From assembly GCF_006345805.1 (NCBI RefSeq), contig NC_043015.1, positions 27,900,001-27,964,000 of the forward strand: a stretch of 64,000 nt of DNA, given 5' to 3'. Under the pieces are notes generated by a model. The model saw only the letters and a program-made list of their open reading frames with translations, searched no databases and was not told the DNA's origin. Shown here one piece after another: positions 50,638 to 61,742 of the stretch (the stretch's first letter is position 1; every line of letters begins with the position of its first letter). The position numbers and the translations under genes were made by a program. This DNA is from Octopus sinensis (taxonomy: Eukaryota).

Positions 50638-51030
50638 TTCTTTTACTTGTTTCAGTCATTTGACTGTGGCCATGCTGGAGTACTGCCTTTAGTCGAGCAA
50701 ATCGACCCAGGACTTATTCTTTGTAAGCCTAGTACTTATTCTATTGGTCTCTTTTGCCGAACAGCTAAGTTATGGAGATGTAAACACACCAGTATCAGTT
50801 GTCAAGTGATGTTGGGACAAACACAGACACACACAAACACACACATATAATATACATACATATATACGATGGACTTCTTTCAGTTTCCATCTACCAAATC
50901 CACTCACAAGGCTTTGGTCAGCCCGGGGCTATAGTAGAAGGCACTTGCCCAAGGTGGCACACAGTAGGATTGAACCTGGAACCATGTGGTTGGTAAGCAA
51001 GTTACTTACCACACAGCCACTCCTACACCT
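50638..51030 (-). mobile_element. SINE-A full-length copy
   Basis: Consensus match. Confidence 0.93.
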
Positions 51031-51489
51031 GTAGTGATAATTTCAATGGATGTATGAAATATGATTTCATCCAGATCTCTTATTTTCAAAAGAAGTTATT
51101 TAAAACTTTAAAGATTCCAATGAAAACATTTTGTAATATATCACAACTGGCTTGGTATTCAACTTTGTATGTGTAGATCTGGTTTATACACTATCTTTCA
51201 TCTCAGAACAGCATATCTTTACCTCATTTGTCCCTTTAAGAAATCTATGTGGTTCCATGTGTAGCAAAGTTTTCACTACACTTGTTATACAAGTACGAAC
51301 CCTAAGAATTAAAGAGGGGGTGTATTATGAATTGTGATGGTGCCACATCAAAAAGCACCCAGTACACTAAGGAGCAGTTGACATAAGGAAGGGCATCCAG
51401 CCATAGAAACCAAGCCACAGCAGACCCTGAAACCTGGTGGGGTCCCTCGCCTTGCCAGTTCTTGTCAAGCCATCCAACCCATACCAGCA

Positions 51490-51745
51490 TCATCATCATC
51501 ATCATTTAACGTCCGTTCTCCATGCTAGCATGGGTTGGATGGTTCGACCGGGATCTGGGAAGCCAGAAGGCTGCACCAGGCTCCAGTCTGATCTGGCAGT
51601 GTTTCTACAGCTGGATGCTCTTCCTAATGCCAACCACTCCGTGAGTGTAGTGGGTGCTTTTTACATGCCACCGGCACAGGTGCCAGGCGAGGCTGGCAAC
51701 GGCCACAATCGGTTGGTGGTTTTTACGTGCCACCGGCATGAAAAA
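51490..51745 (-). mobile_element. RTE 3' UTR fragment, tail-to-tail with an older + strand RTE-like end (~51340-51490)
   Basis: The two share one (CAT)n tract. Confidence 0.85.
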
Positions 51746-52373
51746 TGAATGTTAAATGTTGATGATGATGATACTCATGGTCTTTGCAAGGACATCACAA
51801 ATGCCAGTGGAATGAAATTACAACGGAGAACTAAATCCAAGTTGTGCACTCTGTTTACTAACTAAGGACTTTTAACACTGATCCGATGTATTACCATCAT
51901 CAGTAATATCCACTTATGTTCAAAGTAATCAAGAAAATTTGGATTTAGCAAAATAACCAGAATTTTTATTATTAGTTGGTGCTTGGAACATAAGTCAAGA
52001 AAAGGTTCTTATAAAATTGATAGGTTTTAAGCTTAAATATGACCACCATATTCTTTGTAGTCTTTGTATCCCAGAACAAGGAGTGGACTCGGATTGATAT
52101 CAGAAAAGATTAAGCCCGCTATTGAAAACAAACAACACAACAATTATGTACAGCTCCTATCACAACAGTGCACTATAACTCTCCAAACTATCTAATCACA
52201 TTCAGATAAATAGTTTCTTCCTTATTAATTAATCTAACCACTTAACCTTCAATCTATTTTCAATGGTTTTAAAGGATGTGCATGCATGTGAATGACCAGT
52301 TGAGAGATAGATAGCATCTCTATAACAAGTATTACGCAATAGTAAAATACATCACATCTTCATTTATAACAGA

Positions 52374-52742
52374 CTAGCACTATGACCCGGCAACGCCGGG
52401 TCATAGTGCTAGTGCATGCATATACAGCTGCGTGCGTGCGCACATACACGCGAGTACTGTCCAAATCTCCGACCAATCCCATACAGCTAGCTGGCATTCA
52501 ATTGGCGTATCAAGTTTCGGGCATTTTGATTGGATTTTGGATAGAAAATTCACAAAAAAAGTCACTTCTATTGATTTTTTAATGGCTTTGCGGGGTGACT
52601 GGGGAAATGTAAAGAGGTGCATGACCACCCTTGGACAGTTTTGAATGACCATAGAAAGTGCGAGCCCTCTAACTGAAAAATTGTGGATTTGTATAAAGGA
52701 CACACATGCACACAGACATTTTGCTGTTTATATATATGGAGA
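52374..52742 (-). mobile_element. Non-autonomous Helitron-like element with perfect palindromic 3' end
   Basis: Minus-strand A|TC start at 52742; 19-bp perfect stem actagcactatgacccggc-aac-gccgggtcatagtgctagt at 52373-52413. Confidence 0.8.
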
Positions 52743-53126
52743 TTTGGTAAGGTGTCCAGATAAGAACGCCATGTTTCAAAAATGAAGTCAAATATTGAAT
52801 TTAACCTTTTTGTTGCCATATTTCTGCTAAAATACACTTTTTGTTTCAATTCATTTTGACAATAATGAAGAGTTTAGTAAAACGACTTAGTGTTTGGAAT
52901 AAAATAAAGTACCAGTCAAGTACTGATGGGACAATGTAATTAACACATCCCCTTTCTCCAATAAACTGGTATCTCATTCAGGAGGTATGTTGTAATCACT
53001 CTTGGTCACTTATAACCCATGGAAACTGGGTAACTGGTCTTATGAATCTTAGGGTAAAAAAGGAACTCAAAAAAATAAAAAAACCCAAAACCTTGTTCAT
53101 ATGCATTTCTAAATAATAAGGACCAT

Positions 53127-53292
53127 AGGCGCAGGAGTGGCTGTGTGGTAAGTAGCTTGCTAACCAACCACATGGTTGCGGGTTCAGTCCCACTGCGTGG
53201 CACCTTGGGCAAGTGTCTTCTGCTATAGCCCCAGGCCGACCAATGCTTTGTGAGTGGATTTGGTAGACGGAAACTGAAAGAAGCCTGTCATA

Positions 53293-53335
<43 letters not shown>

Positions 53336-53539
53336 TTGTGTGTCTGTGTTTGTCCCCCTAGCATTGCTTGACAACCGATGCTGGTGTGTTTACGTCCCCG
53401 TCACTTAGCGGTTCGGCAAAAAAGAGACCGATAGAATAAGTACTGGGCTTACAAAGAATAAGTCCTGGGGTCGATTTGCTCGACTAAAGGCGGTGCTCCA
53501 GCATGGCCGCAGTCAAATGACTGAAACAGGTAAAAGAGT
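53127..53539 (+). mobile_element. SINE-A full-length copy
   Basis: Consensus match. Confidence 0.95.
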
Positions 53540-53944
53540 AGTGATGGGAAATGAACCCCACATTTGTTTTCTGGATAAATGCCTTAAACAGAATAAGACC
53601 AAATTAAAATCCTTCTAATTAAATTATGTCATACATTTAAGCAACAGTGATAGTAGTACCAGTAGTGTCTTCTCCAGACTATACAAAATTCCATAACAGT
53701 AAGACGAAGTTCATTCTGTGATTAGTTTATATCAGAGAACTTATAAAGTTTTTTGAGAAGTATCCAAATTTCTGTCTGTTCTAAGAAAATTTGGTATTCA
53801 GAAAAAAACCAAAATAAAAAACCGAAAGTAATGACTCAAATATTCAAAATATTTCTTCACTGCAGGCCTACAAAAACAAAACAAAACAAAACCCCATTCC
53901 AAATGAAAAATGTTGCAATTCCACAACAGAGCACCATCACAAGC

Positions 53945-54195
53945 ATGGAACCTGTGGAAGAGGTAGACCCAGGAAGACAAGGGATGAGGTGGTGAAGCAT
54001 GATCTTCAAACATTGGGCCTCATAAAGGCAATGACAAGTGACCAATACCTTTGGCAATATGTCGTGCTTGAGAAGACTCGTCAAGCTAAGTGAAATCGTA
54101 ATTGTGACCGATGTTGATATCATATAACTGGTACCTGCGCTGGTGGCACATAAAACCTACCCACTACACTCATGGAGTGGTTGGTTATTAAGAAG
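53945..54195 (+). mobile_element. Older RTE subfamily ORF2 end plus short 3' UTR
   Basis: Frameshifted GRGRPRK..DEVVKHDLQTLGL..EKTRQAK*. Confidence 0.8.
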
Positions 54196-54466
54196 GGCCC
54201 AGTTTCCTGGTTTCTATGGCGTATGTGTTCCCCGCCAGCTGGACAGGATGCCAGTCCATCACAGTGTTACTCAAGAAACAGGAAGAAAGAGTGAGAGAAA
54301 GTTGGGGGCGAACGAGTACAACAGGGGTCGCCACCACCCTCTGCCGGAGCCTCATGGAGCTTTAGGTGTTTTTGCTCAATAAACACACACAACTCCCGGT
54401 CTGGGGATCGAAACCGCGATCCTCCGACCACGAGTCTGCTGCCCTAACCACTAGGCCACTGCGCCT
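54195..54466 (-). mobile_element. SINE-C: tRNA-derived SINE (single copy here)
   Basis: A box TGGCCTAGTGG, B box GGTTTCGATCC; 3' part gatggactggcatcctgtccag resembles V-SINE-like elements. Confidence 0.75.
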
Positions 54467-54639
54467 ACACACACACACACATATGCATGTATGTATACAT
54501 GTGGGGTGTTTGTGTTTTGCATGCATGTGTGTGGTTCTGTGTGTGTTGGAACCTGTTTTATGGTGTGTCTGATTACTTTCTGACCTCAACATTCTATCAA
54601 CTGTTAGTTACACCCATCACAAACAATTTCGAGCTATAA

Positions 54640-54900
54640 AAAACATCATCACCACCACTACCATCATTAACACCACAATTATCTCTGTCTTTACCATCAT
54701 CATCATCCTCACCACTCCCCACCGCTGCCATCACCACTACCACCACCACCACTGCTGTTACCTTCACATCATCATCACTTTCACCAATATCATTGCAATT
54801 ACCACCACCACCTGCAGTCTCACTTATCATTATTACTGCCACTATCATCATCGCCACCACTGCCATCATCATCACCATCACATACACCCACCTGCCACTG
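54640..54900. repeat. (CAC/CAT)n degenerate trinucleotide tract
   Basis: Low-complexity accacc/atcatc. Confidence 0.9.
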
Positions 54901-54959
54901 TCATTCCACTGTCTCTCCGCCTTTGTCTATGACTATCTTTCTTTCTATATAAGGAGATA

Positions 54960-55215
54960 TTCATCATCATCATCATTTAGCGTCCGCTTTCCATGCTAGC
55001 ATGGGTTGGCCGGTTCGACTGGGGTCTGGGAAGCCAGAAGGCTGCACCAGGCCCAGTCTGATCTGGCAATGTTTCTACGGCTAGATGCCCTTCCTAACGT
55101 CAACCACTCCATGAGTGTAGTGGGTGCTTTTTACGTGCCACCGGCACTGGTATCACAGCTACAATTTCCATTGATGTTGATCAATTTCGATTTCCACTTG
55201 CCTCACCAGGTCTTC
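54960..55215 (-). mobile_element. RTE 3' UTR fragment (one module)
   Basis: (CAT)n tail and UTR match. Confidence 0.9.
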
Positions 55216-55362
55216 ACAAATCGTAACACCAAAGATGAACTGAAGGCAAGGATTATGGCAGCATTCACCAACTTCAACAAGGAGACTGTCCGGAAGAGTT
55301 GCAGAAGATTCTGAAGTCGCCTGAAGGCTGTGGTTGAAGTCAATGGCGATTTTATTGAATAA
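55216..55362 (+). pseudogene. Tc1/mariner-superfamily transposase C-terminal remnant
   Basis: NTKDELKARIMAAFTNFNKETVRKSCRRF*SRLKAVVEVNGDFIE*, a typical Tc1/mariner C-terminal pattern. Confidence 0.75.
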
Positions 55363-55408
55363 ATTTTACTCTTTAGTATTTCAAGATATTTTTATGTAAT
55401 TTTGGGGG

Positions 55409-56788
55409 AAGATAGTTTTTGTATGTGGCAGATGCTCGGGAGCATTAACCTCCGAAAATCTGCAGAAAACAACTTCCGTCACTTTCCAGGGGGAACAACT
55501 AGAAGTAGTTGATAGCTTCCGTTATCTAGGTGCCCAAGTCAGTAGTGGGGGTGGGTGCGCTGAAAGTGTAACTGCTAGAATAAGAATAGCCTGGGCAAAG
55601 TTTAGGGAGCTCTTACCTCTGCTGGTGACTAAAGGCCTCTCGCGCAGAGTAAAAGGCACTCTGTATGATGCATGTGTACGAACAGCCATGCTACATGGCA
55701 GTGAAACATGGGCCGTGACTGCTGAGGACATGCGTAAGCTCGTGAGGAATGAAGCCAGTATGCTCCGATGGATGTGTAATGTCAGTGTACTTACTCGACA
55801 GAGCATTAGTACCTTGAGAGAAATGTTGTACCTAAGAAGCATCAGTTGTGGTGTGCAAGAGAGACGATTGCGCTGGTATGGTCATGTGGCGAGAATGGAT
55901 GAAGATAGGTGTGTGAGAAAGTGCCAATCCCTAGCAGTTGAGGGAGTCCGTGGAAGAGGTAGACCCAGGAAAACCTGGGATGAGGTGGTGAAGCACGACC
56001 TTCGAACTTTAGGCCTCACTGAGGAAATGACCAGCGACCGAGACCTCTGGAAATATGCTGTACGTGAGAAGACCAGGCAGGACAAGTGAGCCCAGCCCAC
56101 TTATGAATGCCTTTCCTCCCTTGGACACAAAGACCTGTTGAGGCAAGCAAAGTTGATATAGAACCTCATCCGACGACAGGCACCCATGCCAACCCCCTTT
56201 GCTTGCGAAGACATGTTGGGGCAAGCGAAAGCAAAATCGAAATCGAATTGAACCAGCCAGGATCCCTGGTCTGGTGGTACGTAAAAAGCACTATCCGACT
56301 CGTGGCCGATGCCAATGCCGCCTCCACTGGCTTCCGTGCCGGTGGCACGTAAAATACACCAATCCGACTGTACGACAGGCACCCATGCCAACCCCCCTTT
56401 GCTTGCGAAGACATGTTGGGGCAAGCGAAAGCAAAATCGAATTGAACCAGCCAGGATCCCTGGTCTGGTGGTACGTAAAAAGCACTATCCGACTCGTGGC
56501 CGATGCCAGCGCCGCCTCGACTGGCTTCCGTGCCGGTGGCACATAAAATACACTAATCCGACCGTGGCCGTTGCCAGCCTCGCCTGGCACCTGTGCAGGT
56601 GGCACGTAAAAAGCACCCACTACACTCACGGAGTGGTTGGCGTTAGGAAGGGCATCTAGCTGTAGAAACATTGCCAGATAAGGCTGGAGCCTGGTGCAGC
56701 CTTCTGGCTTCCCAGATCCCTGGTCGAACCGTCCAACCCATGCTAGCATGGAGAACGGACGTTAAACGATGATGATGATGATGATGAT
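55409..56788 (+). mobile_element. 5'-truncated RTE-clade LINE
   Basis: ORF2 C-terminus, ~700-bp 3' UTR with internal duplications, (GAT)n tail. Confidence 0.95.
55412..56089 (+). CDS. RTE LINE ORF2 C-terminal region (post-RT), uninterrupted frame
   Basis: LEVVDSFRYLG..RIRIAWAKFRELLPLL..AMLHGSETW..RRLRWYGHVARM..GRGRPRKTW. Confidence 0.9.
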   Translation: MVFVCGRCSGALTSENLQKTTSVTFQGEQLEVVDSFRYLGAQVSSGGGCAESVTARIRIAWAKFRELLPLLVTKGLSRRVKGTLYDACVRTAMLHGSETWAVTAEDMRKLVRNEASMLRWMCNVSVLTRQSISTLREMLYLRSISCGVQERRLRWYGHVARMDEDRCVRKCQSLAVEGVRGRGRPRKTWDEVVKHDLRTLGLTEEMTSDRDLWKYAVREKTRQDK

Positions 56789-56869
56789 ATCTGTTAAAAT
56801 GAGATGTCAGTGTTATTTTCATTTTTGCGTAAATTATATGATAGTTTATTCACTGCATCCTGAGTATAT

Positions 56870-57040
56870 ATATATATGATAAGCTTCTTTCAGTTTCTGT
56901 CTACCAAATCCACTCACAAGGTTGTGGTTGGTCCAAGGCTATAACAGAAAACATTTGCCCAAGGTGTTACTCAGTGGGACTGAATACAGAACCATTTGGT
57001 TGGGAAGCGAACCTCTTACCACACAGCCACACCTGTGCCT
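56870..57040 (-). mobile_element. SINE-A 5' half
   Basis: Head and CORE-like segment only; lies head-to-head with the next copy. Confidence 0.8.
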
Positions 57041-57079
57041 ACATGCTCATTTGTAAATTTAAAAAAAAACTATATACAT

Positions 57080-57241
57080 AGAGTGGCTGTGTGGTAAGTA
57101 GCTTGCTAACCAACCACATGGTTCTGGGTTCAGTCCCACTGCGTAGCATCTTGGGCAAGTGTCTTCTGCTATAGCCCCGGGCCGACCAATGCCTTGTGAG
57201 TGGATTTGGTAGATGGAAACTGAAAGAAGCCTGTCGTATAT

Positions 57242-57272
<31 letters not shown>

Positions 57273-57438
57273 GTGTTTGTTTGTGTCTCTGTTACTTAGC
57301 GGTTCGGCAAAAGAGACCGATAGAATAAGTACTGGGCTTACAAAAAGAATAAGTCCCGGCGTCGATTTGCTCAATTAAAGGCGGTGCTCCAGCATGGCCG
57401 CAGTCAAATGACTGAAACAAGTAAAAGAGAAAAGAGAA
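57080..57438 (+). mobile_element. SINE-A with internal deletion after the linker
   Basis: Consensus match lacking the ttgtcccc...tttacgtccc segment. Confidence 0.9.
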
Positions 57439-58211
57439 TATCCAGCAGTGTTGAATATGAAAAAAACTATAACTCAGGTGACCTTATTTTCATTAACAAC
57501 CTGCCAAAACATTAATTTCTATTATATACACTAACACAAACTAAAGCAACTAAAATACATAATGCTACTTCCTACATTATCTCCAAGCTGAACAATAGAA
57601 GAGTTAATCAATCTTATCAATAATGGATTATGGTAGTACTAGTATAAGTTTTCTACTTACCATTTGTGGCAATGCCATACTACTTTCACTCTAGGCTAGC
57701 TGCATACTAATACTAACAGATAGAGGGGAAAAGGTTAAATAAGAAATAAAACCAGAAATCAAACCCACCAGCTAATGTCTCGATAATCAATAACTGCCTA
57801 GGAAGCGCTCATCAGTTGATAAAAGGTATAATGAATTTTTATGAAATTATATCTTATACAAATAATTGGAGGAAAACTGCTAAAAAATAGATACTTAAAT
57901 GTTTGATTTAAAAGAATTTTTTTTGTTTTTTTAACATCTTTTTGGTATTATTTAGTTAAGAGAAACGTTGGTAGCTGTGACTCTTCTGAAAAGCCTCCAG
58001 GACTGGAGAGAGGGAGGGAGAAGGTGGAGGAAGGTATCCTCAGACTGGAAACTGGGTCTGAATACTTACAGCAGAGTGGAGGCTGCTAAAAGCACCAAGG
58101 GTGGAAGTGTTAAACTGAGCAATGGATCAAATCTCCCTCCCAAGGTTTGAACTCAGAATGCAAACTGTCAGGACATGTACTGCAAGGTAACTTGTCAGAA
58201 ATGCTAAACAT

Positions 58212-58625
58212 AGGCACAGGAGTGGCTGTGTGGTAAGTAGCTTGTTTACCAACCACATGGTTCCGGGTTCAGTCCCACTGCGTGGCACCTTGGGCAAGTG
58301 TCTTCTACTATAGTCTCAGGCTGACCAAAGCCTTGTGAGTGGATTTGGTAGACAGAAACTGAAAAGAAGCCCATCGTATATATGTATATATATATATATA
58401 TGCGTGTGTGTGTTTGTGTGTCTGTGTTTGTCCCCCTAGCATTGCTTGACAACCGATGCCGGTGTGTTTATGTCCCTGTCACTTAGCGGTTCGGCAAAAG
58501 AGACCGATAGAATAAGTACTGGGCTTACAAAAGAATAAGTCCCGGGGTCGAGTTGCTCGATTAAAGGCGGTGCTCCAGCATGGCTGCAGTCAAATGACTG
58601 AAACAAGTAAAAGAGAGAGAGAGAG
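58212..58625 (+). mobile_element. SINE-A full-length copy
   Basis: Consensus match. Confidence 0.95.
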
Positions 58626-58932
58626 AGTATTCTCTAGTTCATTAACCAGATTGGTACTTTATTTCTTTATTTACCAACCCAAGAAGAATTATAATACAAA
58701 GTTGGCTCCAGTAGGTTTGAACTCAGAATGCAACAAACTGGAAAAAATACTGCAAGACATTTTGTCCAATCCTCTTATAATTCCATCAATTTTCCACTTA
58801 ACATATTTACTGGTGCATAAGATGCACTTTTTAAATGCATCAAAAATATTGCACTCCATCTAATGCGTCTGAATTGTGGATGAGAGTTTGGACAAGCATA
58901 TGTTCACTTGGTCCAGTAATTATTAATAATAT

Positions 58933-59110
58933 AGGCGCAGGAGTGGCTGTGTGGTAAGTAGCTTGCTTACCAACCACATGGTTCCGGGTTCAGTCCCACT
59001 GCGTGGCACCTTGGGCAAGTGTCTTCTACTATAGCCTCGGGCCAACCAAAGCCTTGTGAGTGGATTTGGTAGACAGAAACTGAAAGAAGCCCGTTGTATG
59101 TATGTATGTA

Positions 59111-59157
<47 letters not shown>

Positions 59158-59320
59158 TAAATTAGAGATAAAACCACTATTAGGCAAATCAAACAGTGAA
59201 AAACATAAACCAAAACATAAAAATATAATTAATAATTTAATTTATATTTATACTGTGAAATTAGATTTAATCCTAAATCTAATTTTTCCCTGTAAGTTTG
59301 GATTTACTCCCTAATATTAT

Positions 59321-59351
<31 letters not shown>

Positions 59352-59555
59352 GTTTATGTGTCTGTCCCTCCAACAATACTTGACAACCGATGCTGGTGTG
59401 TTTACGTCCCTGTAACTTAGCGGTTTGGCAAAAGAGACCGATAGAATAAGTACTAGGCTTACAAAGAATAAGTCCTGGGGTCGATTTGCTCAACTAAAGG
59501 TGGTGCTCCAGCATGGCCACAGTCAAATGACTGAAACAAGTAAAGGAGTAAAAGG
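58933..59555 (+). mobile_element. SINE-A with ~170-bp AT-rich insertion in the (TA)n linker
   Basis: SINE halves flank foreign sequence at ~59155-59325. Confidence 0.9.
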
Positions 59556-60049
59556 ATAATAAAATATGGAAAACAAGCTGATTTTTATCACAGTCTATTA
59601 ACAGAAACTTAGGAAAAATTGTCTATTGTACATTAGCTATAATGTGGGGAGGTCACGTCACCTCATTATACGGTCTTCCTCAGCATACATAACCCAAACC
59701 TGATAATGTCTTACATTTATGTTACCTTTAAGAAACGTATTTAATGATCTAAATGAAAAATTCTCCTAGAAAATATGGGAGGAATGTTAAACTTTTGTCC
59801 ACCTGCCAGCTATTTGCAATGAGTGGATAACGAAATCTACTTATAAAATAGGGGTGCATCTTATATGCCAGCAAATACATTAATTGATGAAACAAGTTCA
59901 GCCCACCCTAATAACAGGAACTGATCTAGAATCAATGTTCCAAGTTAGAAAAAAGTTCTATATAGTAAACTCAAAGCAAACTTTGGGTGCACATAAAATG
60001 TAATAACACATAATGGGGCTGCCAAAAATATATATAAGCAGATAGAGTA

Positions 60050-60960
60050 GTGAGCAGTAATAGCAACTGTGAAATAAATTACCTCAAATACCAAGAAGGC
60101 TCCCTAGAAGTAGGTGATAGTTTCTATTACCTTAGTGAAGGTAGCTGTTCTGAAGGCATGGAAACCACAGTAAGAATGCAGAGGGGAAAAAATAAACATT
60201 TGGGTAACATTTGGCTAAGTGTAGGCGAGAAAGATATGTCATAATATACATCTGGAAGATCCTAGAAGGACTTGTCCCAAACTTTGGCATCGAGAGTTAC
60301 ACAAATACTAGAACTGGGCGCCACTGCATAGTGCCAAGGACTCCAAATTTGCTATCAAGATGTAGGACAAAATACTGTGATAGCCTGGGCTTCAGAGGCC
60401 CACAGCTCTTCAATATCCTCCTGAAGAACCTGAGAGACCTGCATGGGGTGGATGCAGATGTCTTTAAAATAAAACTGGATCTCTTCCTGTCAGGTGTCCC
60501 AGATGAACCAACTTCACGGCATGAGGTGCAGATGAGGGCAGCTGCATCAAACTCTCTCATGAACCAAATGGCAATTGCTAAAAAGCATTCGTGAAGTAAA
60601 ATCATGTAGCAACACCAAATGGGGGTGCCCCAGCATGGCCACAGCTCGTGAGCTGAAACTAGATAAAATAAAATAAATAAATAAAATAAACTATTATCTC
60701 TAATAGCAATGAAAGGGTTCTCTCACTGGGTTAAGGGTAGACTGTATGATGCTAGTACATGAAGTGTGATACTTGCATGATAGCAAAACAATGACATTAA
60801 GTGCAGTGGATATGGAAAGATTGGAAAGAAACAAGGTGAGCATGGTCATGTGGATATGTAATATTGGTGTGAATGAAGGACAGAACACAAATGAGTAGAG
60901 AGGCTGACTGAACATCAGAAAAATTGGATGCACTGAGCAAGAGAAGAGACTGTGTTTGTA
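60050..60960 (+). pseudogene. Old RTE ORF2 remnant interrupted by a CR1/L2 insertion
   Basis: EGSLEVGDSFYYL..GSCSEG before the insertion and KGFSHWVKGRLYDA..DMERLERNKVSMVMWICNIGV after it are colinear with the RTE ORF at 55412. Confidence 0.65.
60195..60690 (+). mobile_element. CR1/L2-clade LINE 3' fragment (ORF 60211-60594)
   Basis: RRERYVIIYIWKILEGLVPN..YCDSLGFRGPQLFNIL..KLDLFLSGVPDEP; tail ggtgccccagcatggccacagctcgtgagctgaaactaga(taaa)n. Confidence 0.92.
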
Positions 60961-60990
60961 TCTACATATGATATAGAGGATAACAGTTTT

Positions 60991-61375
60991 TTCAATTCAA
61001 TTCAATTCAATTTTTATTGGCTCAAAAAGCAAAAGCAAGGCCATGTAGGGGGACAGGGAGTTATGTACAGGGAGGGCGGTCATACAAAGAGTTCAGGCCA
61101 TTTCTGGTCAAGAGAGACTTTGAACCGAGCGGTCGTCGGCATCTTCACTATTTTGTCCGGCAGCTTATTCCACGGATCCGCAACACAGACGGAGAAAGCC
61201 CCTCTCCTTCGATTGAGATGAATTCGTTGCAGATAGAGCTTTTCGGAGTGAGCCCGCAGCCCACGCTCTGGAGCAGGAGTGAAGAACAGCTCTTTCCAGA
61301 GGTTACACTTTCCGCTTATGATGTTGTGAGCGAGAATGAGATCACCACGGCGTCGTCATTTTTCGAGATAAAGAA
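60991..61375 (-). mobile_element. Second CR1 family 3' fragment with (ATTGA)n tail
   Basis: Minus frame LEK*RRRGDLILAHNII..GLRAHSEKLY..RRRGAFSVCVADPWNKLP..FKVSLD, stop at 61080-61082. Confidence 0.9.
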
Positions 61376-61537
61376 GGAACCTATGGAAGAAGTTGGGGCA
61401 AGATACAAGAAATAGTGAAGGCTGATGTCAAAATGTTGAACTTCATGAAAGAGATAGGTGATTTTCAACAAGTGGTGATATGTTGTACTAGAGAAGATCT
61501 GTTCAATCCATGCAAACAAAGAAAAATATAAAAATAA

Positions 61538-61742
61538 TTACGGAGATGTACTTGCATAGCGAGTGACTTGATCTGAGATCGTGTGCTGGAACAAAAACAA
61601 TTGCAGCATGGAAGGTGTTTATAAGCCATTTAAGAAACACACAAAACCGTTAGATTTACTCCAACATTTAAATTTAATTTGTCAAAATATTTTCGTCGCT
61701 TTGAGACCGCGACCTGTTCACTGACAAAATTTCGTGCTGCAT
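61538..61742 (-). mobile_element. Penelope-like repeat (same family as 4828-5131)
   Basis: ~200-bp colinear match ending at (TA)n; contains the hammerhead variant. Confidence 0.7.
61678..61728 (-). ncRNA. Hammerhead ribozyme-like motif, G3-C8 core variant (intact helices)
   Basis: tttgtca-GTGAACA-g-gtcgc ggtctcaaa gcgac-GAA-AATATT-T-tgacaaa. Helix I 7 bp, helix II 5 bp, palindromic helix III. Confidence 0.65.

Noticed and set aside
54400-54466. tRNA gene
   Set aside because: A and B boxes are present, but there is no closed acceptor stem and the sequence continues into a SINE body. The same applies to the SINE-A and SINE-B heads.
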